Part shown: in pieces, positions 17,891 to 25,994 of the stretch
Position numbering within the stretch: position 1 is the first letter of the stretch
Layout of the letters: each line of letters opens with the position of its first letter
Assembly (NCBI GenBank): GCA_947625805.1
Contig: CANQPT010000001.1
Location: forward strand, 51,044-115,043
Length of the DNA stretch: 64,000 nt
From: an uncultured Clostridia bacterium
Lineage (GTDB): Bacteria > Bacillota > Clostridia > Oscillospirales > CAG-272
Direction of reading: 5' to 3'
Notes under the pieces: generated by a model
The model's database searches: none
The model's input: only the letters and a program-made list of their open reading frames with translations
What the model was told of the DNA's origin: nothing
Translations under genes and position numbers: made by a program

Positions 17891-18874
17891 ATGGGCTTTC
17901 TTTCATTTCACTTAAATTACTACAAAGACAAACTCGAACGCTACGAAAGCGGCGACCTCGATCTGTACGAGGCAAAGCAGCTTTTGAAACTGTCGTTCGA
18001 CCTGATGGACGAGGGTTATCCTGTCCTGCACGATCGGCTGGAAGCAGAATACAACGGGATCACAAGGCTGCAAAAACTCCTGTCTTCTCACAATGAGAAA
18101 CCGTTTGCGCGCATACCCGGTGCAACGCTCCAATACAACTATACGCATACAGAACATGAACTGAACGCTTATCTTACCGGAATAGAAAAAAGAACAGACA
18201 CAGACAAAACTGAGATGGAAAACGCTTTTTTGCCTGACGTGCTGCACTATTGCGAGTGGATCGGATATGACGAGGACACCGCGTACGTCTTTCTTCTGCG
18301 GGATGCGCTGCTTCCGTATTTTTATTTCAAAAGACAGGGACGAAAGAATTTGTACCCATGGCTGATCGGGCGGAAGTTTTTGAATAACATATCATCTTTG
18401 CCCGATCCGGACGATACGATACGGGCGGTAATTTATGAAGCATTAGAGCGCGAATACAGTGATTTTTCGGACTTTTTCTCCTTTTTCCGGGCGAAGGTCA
18501 CGGACGCATTACAGACCTGCCCGGAAGTGACGTTTTCCATTAAAACACTTTTGTCCACGATCGACAAAGAAAAAATCATGGTAATCGAATCCGGCTGTTA
18601 CGGAACGTTTCCCATGTTATTTTCTGCGCTGGACGAGCGGGTGGAGTTCCGGATGTTTACCGCCGCACCCTATTTGCAGAACACTTATCGCGACAAAATC
18701 TATACAAACGCTTACGAGAAAAACAGACTGTTTGAAACGCTCTTTTGTCAGGACCGGTTGTTTGAATACGCTGCTTTTCGTAACCGCACCTTTTATGTGC
18801 ACGAAAGCGCCGACCGGGCAATCCTCCAAAAGGCACAAGCAGAACTGTGCCGTTTCTTTTCGCTGATAGACTAA
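17891..18874 (+). CDS. hypothetical protein, 327 aa, no confidently recognised domain
   Basis: Long clean ORF in AT-richer DNA, starting 4 nt after the NUDIX stop. There is only a weak, remembered resemblance to uncharacterised HAD-like accessory domains (LRDALL ... ESGCYGT ... ETLF). Confidence 0.6.
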   Translation: MGFLSFHLNYYKDKLERYESGDLDLYEAKQLLKLSFDLMDEGYPVLHDRLEAEYNGITRLQKLLSSHNEKPFARIPGATLQYNYTHTEHELNAYLTGIEKRTDTDKTEMENAFLPDVLHYCEWIGYDEDTAYVFLLRDALLPYFYFKRQGRKNLYPWLIGRKFLNNISSLPDPDDTIRAVIYEALEREYSDFSDFFSFFRAKVTDALQTCPEVTFSIKTLLSTIDKEKIMVIESGCYGTFPMLFSALDERVEFRMFTAAPYLQNTYRDKIYTNAYEKNRLFETLFCQDRLFEYAAFRNRTFYVHESADRAILQKAQAELCRFFSLID

Positions 18875-19046
18875 CGAGGGGTATAAACGGAACTTTTCGA
18901 CGACGGGTTTGTCTTGCATAAATTGGACGCCCGGCAATTTCGGCCGAGGGTTACGGGAGTTTTTCGCAAAATAAAAAATTCTTAAAGAAATATATAATTT
19001 GCATGGTGGCGTATACTTCTTGCATCATCCGCTGATCCAGCCGTTT

Positions 19047-19082
19047 CTGTTGGCCGAAGCGCAAAAAAGGGGATATTGCTGA
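19047..19082 (+). other. candidate displaced native 3' end of rlmD (..LLAEAQKRGYC-stop)
   Basis: A GC-rich 36-nt stretch ending in TGA (19080-19082), immediately followed by a terminator. It would be in frame if joined after 16635. Inference only. Confidence 0.3.
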
Positions 19083-19084
19083 CA

Positions 19085-19121
19085 CACGCCTGCACACAAT
19101 ATGCAGGCGTGTCAAAGTTTT
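19085..19121 (+). terminator. rho-independent terminator
   Basis: 10-bp stem cacgcctgca/tgcaggcgtg (19085-19111) with a 7-nt loop, followed by caaagtttt. Confidence 0.6.
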
Positions 19122-19130
19122 AAGGGGTTT

Positions 19131-19158
19131 CAGGGGGACTTTTGCAAAAGTCCCCCTG
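19131..19158. repeat. perfect 28-nt palindrome cagggggacttttGCaaaagtccccctg
   Basis: 13-bp arms with a 2-nt centre. It lies between the islet and the stop of the FrhB-like gene. There is no adjacent U-run on either strand. Confidence 0.6.
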
Positions 19159-19165
19159 ATCGAAA

Positions 19166-20284
19166 TCATTTCAAAAATATCCTTTTGGCAGTACGGGAAA
19201 GAAAAGCGGCAGGGCCGCGGGTGGAATAGCGCTTGAGGGCGGCCTCAAACCCAAGTTGATCCAAAGCGCCGAGAAAGGCGCGGGAACGGTCGGCGCATTT
19301 CTTTTCACGGTCGGAACGCGCGATGTGGCGATAGGCCTCCTCCCGCGTGATCTCGCGCATTTGCAGCATTTCCGCACAATCAGCAAACGCCTGCGCACCC
19401 GCCGTAGTGCGGCAGAGAACAAGGGTCATGGGCTGTCTGCGGATATTGAGTTCGTTATCGTCAAGGGCGGGATTGTAGCGGCGCAGGGTCAGATCTGCGG
19501 CGCTTTTTCTGCGCCCGAAAGTACATCGCTCACAGGACGGGCGAATGCCCAGACCGAGGGTGATTGCTTTATGGATAGCCGTGTCCTTGCGTGCAAGCAC
19601 GGTCTGCGAGCCGTCGGCATATACAAACCGAATGCCTGCACGGTTTTCTTGGTCAATGCGGTTGGTAAGTTCGATCCGCTGCGGATTGTGCATCATTTGA
19701 AGAAAAGCACGCCACACATCATCGCCTGCAACGCCGCCACACCCGACTTCTACACACAAAAGTCCTGCATACGGCGCACCCAGATAGCGCTTCAGTGCGG
19801 CGATCTGACAGGGCGTGCCCGAATAGAGCACTTCCCTCTCGGCAAGAAGATATTCCTTTGTACGCACAAAACTGTCAGAGGTATGACTTACCACGTATTT
19901 GCGCCCGATCAGCGCACTCAGTTGCCCGACGGTTTCGGCACAGGTCTGCGCACACCCAACCTCCGAGGTATATGCCGCTCCGAACACCACCCCTCCCCGG
20001 GCAAGGGTATTCAGCGCGAGCACGGCAAAAACGCCGCCGGCCGACGAAGCGGCACGCACAGATTGGTCGGTATAGGCGATCCACGCGCTCTCCGAGCGAC
20101 AGACGGGCAACTCTGCCCGATAGGGGCAGACCGCCTCACATTTGCCGCAGTCCGAGCATTTGTGCCTGTCCACTGTCGGATAGGCAAAGCCCGCTGTCTG
20201 TACCGGTGCGATAGCGGCATTCGGACAGACCTGCAGGCAGGTCATACAACCGCTGCATTTTCTTGTATCGTTTATCTTGATCAT
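19166..20284 (-). CDS. coenzyme F420 hydrogenase/dehydrogenase beta-subunit-like Fe-S flavoprotein (FrhB family)
   Basis: Two 4Fe-4S ferredoxin motifs (CSGCMTCLQVCP, CSDCGKCEAVCP) followed by an FrhB-like body. Trimmed to MIKIND. Confidence 0.65.
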   Translation of the reverse strand: MIKINDTRKCSGCMTCLQVCPNAAIAPVQTAGFAYPTVDRHKCSDCGKCEAVCPYRAELPVCRSESAWIAYTDQSVRAASSAGGVFAVLALNTLARGGVVFGAAYTSEVGCAQTCAETVGQLSALIGRKYVVSHTSDSFVRTKEYLLAEREVLYSGTPCQIAALKRYLGAPYAGLLCVEVGCGGVAGDDVWRAFLQMMHNPQRIELTNRIDQENRAGIRFVYADGSQTVLARKDTAIHKAITLGLGIRPSCERCTFGRRKSAADLTLRRYNPALDDNELNIRRQPMTLVLCRTTAGAQAFADCAEMLQMREITREEAYRHIARSDREKKCADRSRAFLGALDQLGFEAALKRYSTRGPAAFLSRTAKRIFLK

Positions 20285-20429
20285 TTTTGCACTTTTATGT
20301 ATAATCCGGGTGTACCGCCCGTACCTTATAAAAGGCGCGTCCGGCAAACGCCCGGTCGGTTTGCGCGTGTATCCGCCGTCCCCGGTCGGGTAAAATACGT
20401 TCAAAAATCGGTGTCATATACCTCTTTGA

Positions 20430-21386
20430 TCAAAACTCACTTTTGCGCTTTCTTGCAAAGAGAGTGCCCAAGGTTTCTTTGGCATCTGCACCCTCGTAAA
20501 GGATCCGATAGACCGCCTCGCAGATCGGCATTTCTACTTTATACCGCTCACAAAGACCCATAAGTGCGCGCACGGTGTAATATCCCTCTGCCAGAGCGTC
20601 GTACTTCTCTTTCTTGACCCAGCTTTCACCGAACATACGGTTATGGCTGAAGTGCGAAAAGACGGTTGCCTCATAGTCACCCAAATGGCACAGTCCGTAG
20701 GCGGACAGTTCGCTTCCGCCCATGGCGCCGATCAGGCGGGCGACCTCATGGGTACCGCGGGCCATCAGCGCACCCTTGAGCGCGCCCATGCCGTAACCGT
20801 CCAACATTCCCGCCGCGATGCCGATGACATTCTTTGCGGCGGCGCCCACCTCACTGCCGATCAGATCGGTACCGTAATAAAATCGGATCAGATCGGACGA
20901 AAAGGCGTCCGCCAGTTCGGTCGCCACTTCCGGGTCGGCCGAGTCGATGACCATACAGTTGGGATTGCCCTTGATAAATTCCTGCGGGTGGCCGGGACCT
21001 ACCCATACCGCCACCCGGTTGGACGGGTCTGTATGTTCGCTCACGATCTCGGACAGCCGCTTGCCGGTCTCGATCTCAATGCCTTTCATACACAGCACAA
21101 AGATTCTGTCGCGGATCTTGTAGGCGGCGAGTTGGTCCATCAGGCTGCGCACGATCTGCGACGGAATGGAGATGACGATTACATCGCTGTCCGCGATCCC
21201 GGAAAGTGAATCGGTCAAGGTAATGCGCTCGGGCAAGGTCAAAATGCCGTTCGAGCGTGTCTGCATAAAACGGACGATATCCGCCGTACCCGCCGGGCCG
21301 TACAGGGTCACCTCGTTTCCGATGCTGTCGAGATACCACGCGATAAAACTGCCCCATCTGCCGCAGCCGAGAACTGTAATTTTCAT
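20430..21386 (-). CDS. NAD(P)H-dependent glycerol-3-phosphate dehydrogenase family protein (divergent GpsA-like)
   Basis: MKITVLGCGRWGSFIA Rossmann start, plus KGIE and AAKNVIGIAAG motifs. 318 aa. Confidence 0.7.
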   Translation of the reverse strand: MKITVLGCGRWGSFIAWYLDSIGNEVTLYGPAGTADIVRFMQTRSNGILTLPERITLTDSLSGIADSDVIVISIPSQIVRSLMDQLAAYKIRDRIFVLCMKGIEIETGKRLSEIVSEHTDPSNRVAVWVGPGHPQEFIKGNPNCMVIDSADPEVATELADAFSSDLIRFYYGTDLIGSEVGAAAKNVIGIAAGMLDGYGMGALKGALMARGTHEVARLIGAMGGSELSAYGLCHLGDYEATVFSHFSHNRMFGESWVKKEKYDALAEGYYTVRALMGLCERYKVEMPICEAVYRILYEGADAKETLGTLFARKRKSEF

Positions 21387-21556
21387 TTTCTATCTCCAAT
21401 TCGTAAGGGTATAACACTGTGCAAAACCGTTTTACGGGACAAAGCGCTCCAATAAAGTCTGCCCATCATCAGCCGCCTCCGGCGACAACTTTCCCCGGGG
21501 GGAAGCCGTCCCGCGTATATTATACCAAATTTGCGTAAGAATTACAAGGCAAAGAA

Positions 21557-21585
21557 TTGACAAAACTGGAAAAACCTGTTATAAT
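21557..21585 (+). promoter_or_regulatory. sigma-A promoter, TTGACA-17 nt-TATAAT with an extended -10 TG
   Basis: -35 at 21557-21562; TGt at 21577-21579; -10 at 21580-21585. Confidence 0.7.
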
Positions 21586-21597
21586 ATGCACGCAATA

Positions 21598-21700
21598 TTC
21601 CGTGGGGGAGTAGCAACCGCACTTTGTGCGCAGCAAGTCAACATCCTGACCGTACCACCCGGTCCGGCTTGCTTTCATTTGCCAGACTCATGTGCAGTGC
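21598..21700 (+). promoter_or_regulatory. yybP-ykoY (Mn2+) riboswitch aptamer
   Basis: Contains GGGGAGUAGC (21604-21613), a CAAGUCAACAU...GGCUUGC helix, and UUGCCAGAC with P1 closure (CGUGG/UCAUG). Located directly upstream of mntP and downstream of a consensus promoter. Confidence 0.7.
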
Positions 21701-21726
21701 AGGCGCTATACATGGGTTTGTGTTTG

Positions 21727-21766
21727 CCCGGCATAGCACCGCTATGACCGGGATTTTTCATTTTTT
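21727..21766 (+). terminator. riboswitch expression-platform terminator
   Basis: Stem cccggcatagc/gctatgaccggg (21727-21752, with one bulge), followed by TTTTTcaTTTTTT. Confidence 0.65.
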
Positions 21767-21784
21767 CAGACGGAGGGTCATACA

Positions 21785-22369
21785 ATGACTTGGAGTTTTC
21801 TGCTGTTTGCGGGCAGCGCACTGCTCGGGCTGGGTCTTGCGATGGACGCTTTCTCGGTATCTATTGCAAACGGCCTTGCAAATCCGGGTATGCCGCGCTC
21901 GAAAATCTGTACCATGGCAGGCGTATTTGCCTTTTTCCAGGCCCTCATGCCCCTGCTCGGCTGGTTTTGTGTGCACAACCTCGCCGAGCGCTTTGCGGTC
22001 TTTGAGCGCTTTGTCCCGCGGATCGCGTTTCTGCTGCTTGGATTCATCGGAATCAATATGCTGATTGAGGGGATCCGAAAAAACGAAAAAACAGAGGGGC
22101 AAGACCGTCTGAGCGCAGCCGTGCTGCTGGTACAGGGGATTGCTACCTCGATCGACGCGCTCTCGGTGGGCTTTACCATCTCGGAGTATGAACTGCCCCA
22201 AGCGCTCGCCTGTGCGCTGGTGATTGCGGCTGTGACCTTTGCTCTCTGTGCGAGCGGAGTGCTGATCGGCAAAAAATTCGGAATGGCGCTTGCCGACAAG
22301 GCTCAGATCTTCGGCGGTATGATTCTGATCGGGATCGGGATTGAAATTCTCTTACAAGGGATACTGTGA
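21785..22369 (+). CDS. mntP: manganese efflux pump MntP
   Basis: 194 aa with 6 TM helices. Has the AMDAFSVSI and SIDALSVG repeats typical of MntP (DUF204). Confidence 0.9.
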   Translation: MTWSFLLFAGSALLGLGLAMDAFSVSIANGLANPGMPRSKICTMAGVFAFFQALMPLLGWFCVHNLAERFAVFERFVPRIAFLLLGFIGINMLIEGIRKNEKTEGQDRLSAAVLLVQGIATSIDALSVGFTISEYELPQALACALVIAAVTFALCASGVLIGKKFGMALADKAQIFGGMILIGIGIEILLQGIL

Positions 22370-22388
22370 CTTCAAAGTGAGGATCAAT

Positions 22389-23351
22389 ATGGTTGTAACA
22401 GTTGTTTTATTCATCATTGGACTACTTCTCTTAATCAAGGGCGGGGACTGGTTTGTGGACGGAGCAAGCGGGATTGCCAGACGGCTGCATATGTCCGAAC
22501 TTCTGATCGGGGCGACCGTCGTTTCCATCGGCACGACCCTGCCCGAGGTCATGGTTTCCGCGACCTCGGCCCTCGGCGGTCACGGTGAGATCGCATACGG
22601 CAACGCGGTAGGCTCTGTCATCTGCAACACCGCGCTGATCGCAGCCCTTACCATCGCCGTCCGGCCCGCTCCGGTCGAGCGAAAAGCCCTGCGCACGCCG
22701 GTCGCGTTTTTCTTTGGCGCCGCGCTGATTTATCTTTTTATCGCATATCGCAACGGGACCTTCAGCCGGACAAGCGGTTTCATTCTTCTGATCCTGCTTG
22801 TGATCTATCTTGCCGTTACGATACGGCAGGCAAGGAAAAATCCGCCTCCCCTCGTCCCCGAGCCTGTGAGGCCGGGCGACTCGGCGATCAAAGAAGTGAT
22901 CTTCATGGTGCTGGGTGCGGCGTTTATCGCGGTAGGCGCCGACCTGCTGGTAGACAACGGCACGCTGATTGCTAAAGCAATGGGTGTGCCGGAATCGGTC
23001 ATCGCGCTGACCTTTGTAGCGCTGGGCACTTCCCTGCCCGAACTGGTCACGGCGGTCACCGCCTTGCTCAAGGGACACGGCGCCCTCTCGCTCGGCAACA
23101 TCATCGGAGCAAATCTGTTCAATCTTGTATTGGTATCGGGTCTGTCGGCCGCTATCGCGCCCTTTGACATTCCGGGAGGCAAGACGATTGCCGGCATGAA
23201 CGCCTCCCTTGTGCTGGATCTTCCGCTCATGATGGCGGTTATGCTGATCCTCACTCTTCCGGCGCTCTTTCGCGGCAAGCTGTCGCGTATACAGGGACTC
23301 TGTCTGCTCGCGCTATACGCCGGCTTCTGCGCCGTGCAGTTTGCGGTATAA
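22389..23351 (+). CDS. calcium/sodium antiporter (CaCA / YrbG family)
   Basis: GGDWFVDGAS N-terminus and two alpha-repeats (GTTLPEVMVS, GTSLPELVTA). Start at MVVT with a GAGGA RBS; the ORF-track start overlaps mntP. Confidence 0.85.
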   Translation: MVVTVVLFIIGLLLLIKGGDWFVDGASGIARRLHMSELLIGATVVSIGTTLPEVMVSATSALGGHGEIAYGNAVGSVICNTALIAALTIAVRPAPVERKALRTPVAFFFGAALIYLFIAYRNGTFSRTSGFILLILLVIYLAVTIRQARKNPPPLVPEPVRPGDSAIKEVIFMVLGAAFIAVGADLLVDNGTLIAKAMGVPESVIALTFVALGTSLPELVTAVTALLKGHGALSLGNIIGANLFNLVLVSGLSAAIAPFDIPGGKTIAGMNASLVLDLPLMMAVMLILTLPALFRGKLSRIQGLCLLALYAGFCAVQFAV

Positions 23352-23362
23352 CGGAAATATGC

Positions 23363-23394
23363 AAAAGGAGAGGGATCGGTTCCTCTCCTTTTTT
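23363..23394. terminator. bidirectional terminator between convergent genes
   Basis: aaaaggagagg / cctctcctttt stem (23363-23392), flanked by A and T runs. Confidence 0.7.
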
Positions 23395-23436
23395 AGGCAA
23401 TACAATCAGGGAACAACGTGCCCCTGACCGTATTGT

Positions 23437-24135
23437 CTACCCGATCTGCTCGACGTGCGGGCAGGTCAGTTCTGCGCGGTAGTCGCTCTTTACCCATTCG
23501 GCCGCGTTTTTCAGAATGGTCTGCACGGCGGGATGATAGAAGGAGCGGTAGGTTTCGTGACCCGGCTGAAAGTAAAAGATCTTGCCGTAGCCGCGGCGGT
23601 AGCAACAGCCGGCGCGGAATGCCTCGCCGCCCTGGTACGCACCGATCAAAATCAGTTTGTCCGGCTCGGGGATCATAAACGGCTCGACATAGACCTCCTC
23701 GTGCTCCAGTTCAAAATAGCGGTCGACGCCCTGCACGATCGGGTGGGAAGGGTCGCAGACCCAGACCCGCTCCCAGTCGCCGTTCTCCCGCCAACCGAGG
23801 TTACATGGGGTGCCCATCAGAAGACGAAAAGGCTTGGAATGGTGGGCGGAATGTAAAAAGATCATACCCATGCCACGTAGCACGGCGTCCCGCACCGACT
23901 CAGCGACAGCGTCCGGCACACGATGATGTCCCACATGCCCCCACCAGAACATAACGTCGGTATCCCGCAGCACCTGGTCGGTCAACTCCCCGATATTGTC
24001 GAGGGTAAAGGTACGCACCGTGTGCTGGTCGGCGAACAGCGAGGCGATCTGTCCGTGAATGCCTTCCGGATAGATCTCTCGCACATTCGCGTCGTTCTTC
24101 TCGTGAATAAATTCATTAAAAATTGCTATTTTCAT
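23437..24135 (-). CDS. ThuA domain-containing protein
   Basis: MKIAIFNEF..E.....YPEGIH and WWGH..H..V motifs of the ThuA / class-I glutamine amidotransferase-like fold. Confidence 0.7.
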   Translation of the reverse strand: MKIAIFNEFIHEKNDANVREIYPEGIHGQIASLFADQHTVRTFTLDNIGELTDQVLRDTDVMFWWGHVGHHRVPDAVAESVRDAVLRGMGMIFLHSAHHSKPFRLLMGTPCNLGWRENGDWERVWVCDPSHPIVQGVDRYFELEHEEVYVEPFMIPEPDKLILIGAYQGGEAFRAGCCYRRGYGKIFYFQPGHETYRSFYHPAVQTILKNAAEWVKSDYRAELTCPHVEQIG

Positions 24136-24234
24136 GACCCGGTCCCCCGATGCTGAATTTTCTGTATTCTACCACTTTTTTTGCCATATTTCAAGACAAA
24201 ATCGCATTTTTGACCGGTCTTTTTCCGTCTGTTC

Positions 24235-24263
24235 TTGATTTATTCACTAATCTTTGATATACT
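24235..24263 (+). promoter_or_regulatory. sigma-A promoter, TTGATT-17 nt-TATACT
   Basis: -35 at 24235-24240 and -10 at 24258-24263, upstream of the ABC operon. Confidence 0.5.
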
Positions 24264-24301
24264 AATGTATATTACTGAATTTCACATTGGAGGAACGTCC
24301 T

Positions 24302-25264
24302 TTGATACAAATCGAAAACCTGACCAAGCGGTATGGCGCCAAGACGGTACTGGACAATATTTCGTTTCACGTAAACGATGGCGAGATCGTCGGTTTTTTG
24401 GGCCCAAACGGCGCGGGAAAAACCACCACCATGAATATTCTGACCGGGTATCTGTCTGCGGAAACGGGCAGTGCGCGCGTGGGTGGGATCGACATTCTCG
24501 ATCAACCCCTTGAGGCAAAGAAAAAGATCGGTTTTTTGCCCGAGCAACCGCCGCTCTACCTTGATATGACCGTAAAGGAATATTTAGACTTTATCTATGA
24601 ATTAAAGCACTGCACACTCAACCGGGAAAAGCATCTTGACGAGATCTGCTCCGTGATTGGCATCGCGGACGTGCAAAACCGTATGATCCGCAATCTCTCC
24701 AAGGGCTACCGTCAGCGCGTGGGCATCGCGCAGGCGCTGGTGGGCAATCCTCCTGTGATTATTTTTGACGAGCCTACCGTCGGTCTCGACCCCAAGCAGA
24801 TTATCGAGATCCGCTCGCTGATCAAGACACTGGGCAAGAATCACACGGTCATTCTGTCCACCCATATTTTGCCGGAGGTGCAGGCGGTCTGCGACCGGAT
24901 CGTAATCATCAATCACGGCAAAATCGTTGCAAACGAAAAGACCGAGAATATCGCAAACATCGTGGACGGCAACCGCCGTCTGTCGCTTAAAATCTGCGGC
25001 CCTGAAAAAGAGGTTCTCGCCATGTTGCGCAATATGCACGGCATCGCATACGTACAGAGCACAGGCGCCACCGACAAGGACAGCACCACGTTTCTTGTGG
25101 AAAGCGACCCGGGCCTTGATATGCGAAAACCGCTTTTCAACGCCCTTGCCGCCAAGGGGTGGCCGCTCATTGGCATGGAAAGCATGGGCGCAAACCTGGA
25201 GGACGTTTTCATCGCCATTGTAGACAAAAAAGAGTCGGCCGCGCGTCCGACGGCCAAAAAGTAA
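24302..25264 (+). CDS. ABC transporter ATP-binding protein (ABC-2 / GldA-like)
   Basis: Walker A GPNGAGKTT, signature LSKGYRQRV, Walker B IIFDEP. A TTG start at 24302 gives MIQIENLTKRYG, with a GGAGGA RBS 7 nt upstream. Confidence 0.9.
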   Translation: MIQIENLTKRYGAKTVLDNISFHVNDGEIVGFLGPNGAGKTTTMNILTGYLSAETGSARVGGIDILDQPLEAKKKIGFLPEQPPLYLDMTVKEYLDFIYELKHCTLNREKHLDEICSVIGIADVQNRMIRNLSKGYRQRVGIAQALVGNPPVIIFDEPTVGLDPKQIIEIRSLIKTLGKNHTVILSTHILPEVQAVCDRIVIINHGKIVANEKTENIANIVDGNRRLSLKICGPEKEVLAMLRNMHGIAYVQSTGATDKDSTTFLVESDPGLDMRKPLFNALAAKGWPLIGMESMGANLEDVFIAIVDKKESAARPTAKK

Positions 25265-25277
25265 GGAGGGATTTCAA

Positions 25278-25985
25278 ATGCTTGCGATTTATAAGCGGGA
25301 ACTTCGATCCTATTTTACCACACCATTGGGATATATTTTCATGGCGATCTTTCTGTGCCTTGCCGGCGTGCTCTTTTCCACCGCCACCCTGCAAGCCCGC
25401 GCGGACAGCGACGTCAATTACTACTTCACCTATCTGCTCATGAGTTTTGTGATCGTTCTTCCGCTTCTGACCATGAAACTGTTCAGTGAGGAACGCAAAC
25501 TGCGCACCGAGCAGTTGCTCTTGACCTCTCCCGTGACGCTGACCGGCATGGTGCTCGCAAAGTTCTTTGCCGCTTACACCGTCTTTGCACTGACCTACGG
25601 CGCCTCCTGCTTTTCTTTCATTGCGCTCTATCTTTACGGCACGCCCAACACCGCTCAACTGATCGGAAACTCAGTCGGTATTTTGCTGTTGGGCGGAGCC
25701 TGTATTGCCATCGGAATTTTCGTTTCCGCCCTGACCGAAAACCAACTGATCGCCGCTATCGGATCCATGGCCATTCTGTTTGCTTTTGTGATGGTCGGCT
25801 TTTTGTCCGACTATATCAACAGCGCCCTCCTGCGTACGGTAATCGGCTGGATCTCCATTCTCTCCCGCTACAACGGCTTTGGCAACGGCGTGTTTGAATT
25901 CAACAGCATTTTATACTATATTTCCATCGCGGTCGTCTTTCTGTTTGCGACCGTGCGCGTCTTTGAAAGACGCCGCTGGGCATAA
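25278..25985 (+). CDS. ABC-2 type transporter permease (GldF-like)
   Basis: Six-TM ABC-2 permease starting MLAIYKRELRSYF, with an AAGGAGGG RBS. Confidence 0.8.
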   Translation: MLAIYKRELRSYFTTPLGYIFMAIFLCLAGVLFSTATLQARADSDVNYYFTYLLMSFVIVLPLLTMKLFSEERKLRTEQLLLTSPVTLTGMVLAKFFAAYTVFALTYGASCFSFIALYLYGTPNTAQLIGNSVGILLLGGACIAIGIFVSALTENQLIAAIGSMAILFAFVMVGFLSDYINSALLRTVIGWISILSRYNGFGNGVFEFNSILYYISIAVVFLFATVRVFERRRWA

Positions 25986-25994
25986 GGAGGCACC

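Larger units (their letters stand above)
16636..19046 (+). mobile_element. putative decayed or miniature integrated islet inside the rlmD 3' end (no recombinase present)
   Basis: A visible drop in GC begins directly after the rlmD codons for HVETVCLL and extends to about 19.05 kb. Three tightly spaced cargo genes, one of them a pseudogene. A candidate displaced rlmD 3' end lies at 19047-19082. Confidence 0.4.

Noticed and set aside
19256-20563. 435-aa ORF on the plus strand
   Set aside because: It is antisense to the FrhB-like and GpsA-like genes and has no motifs.
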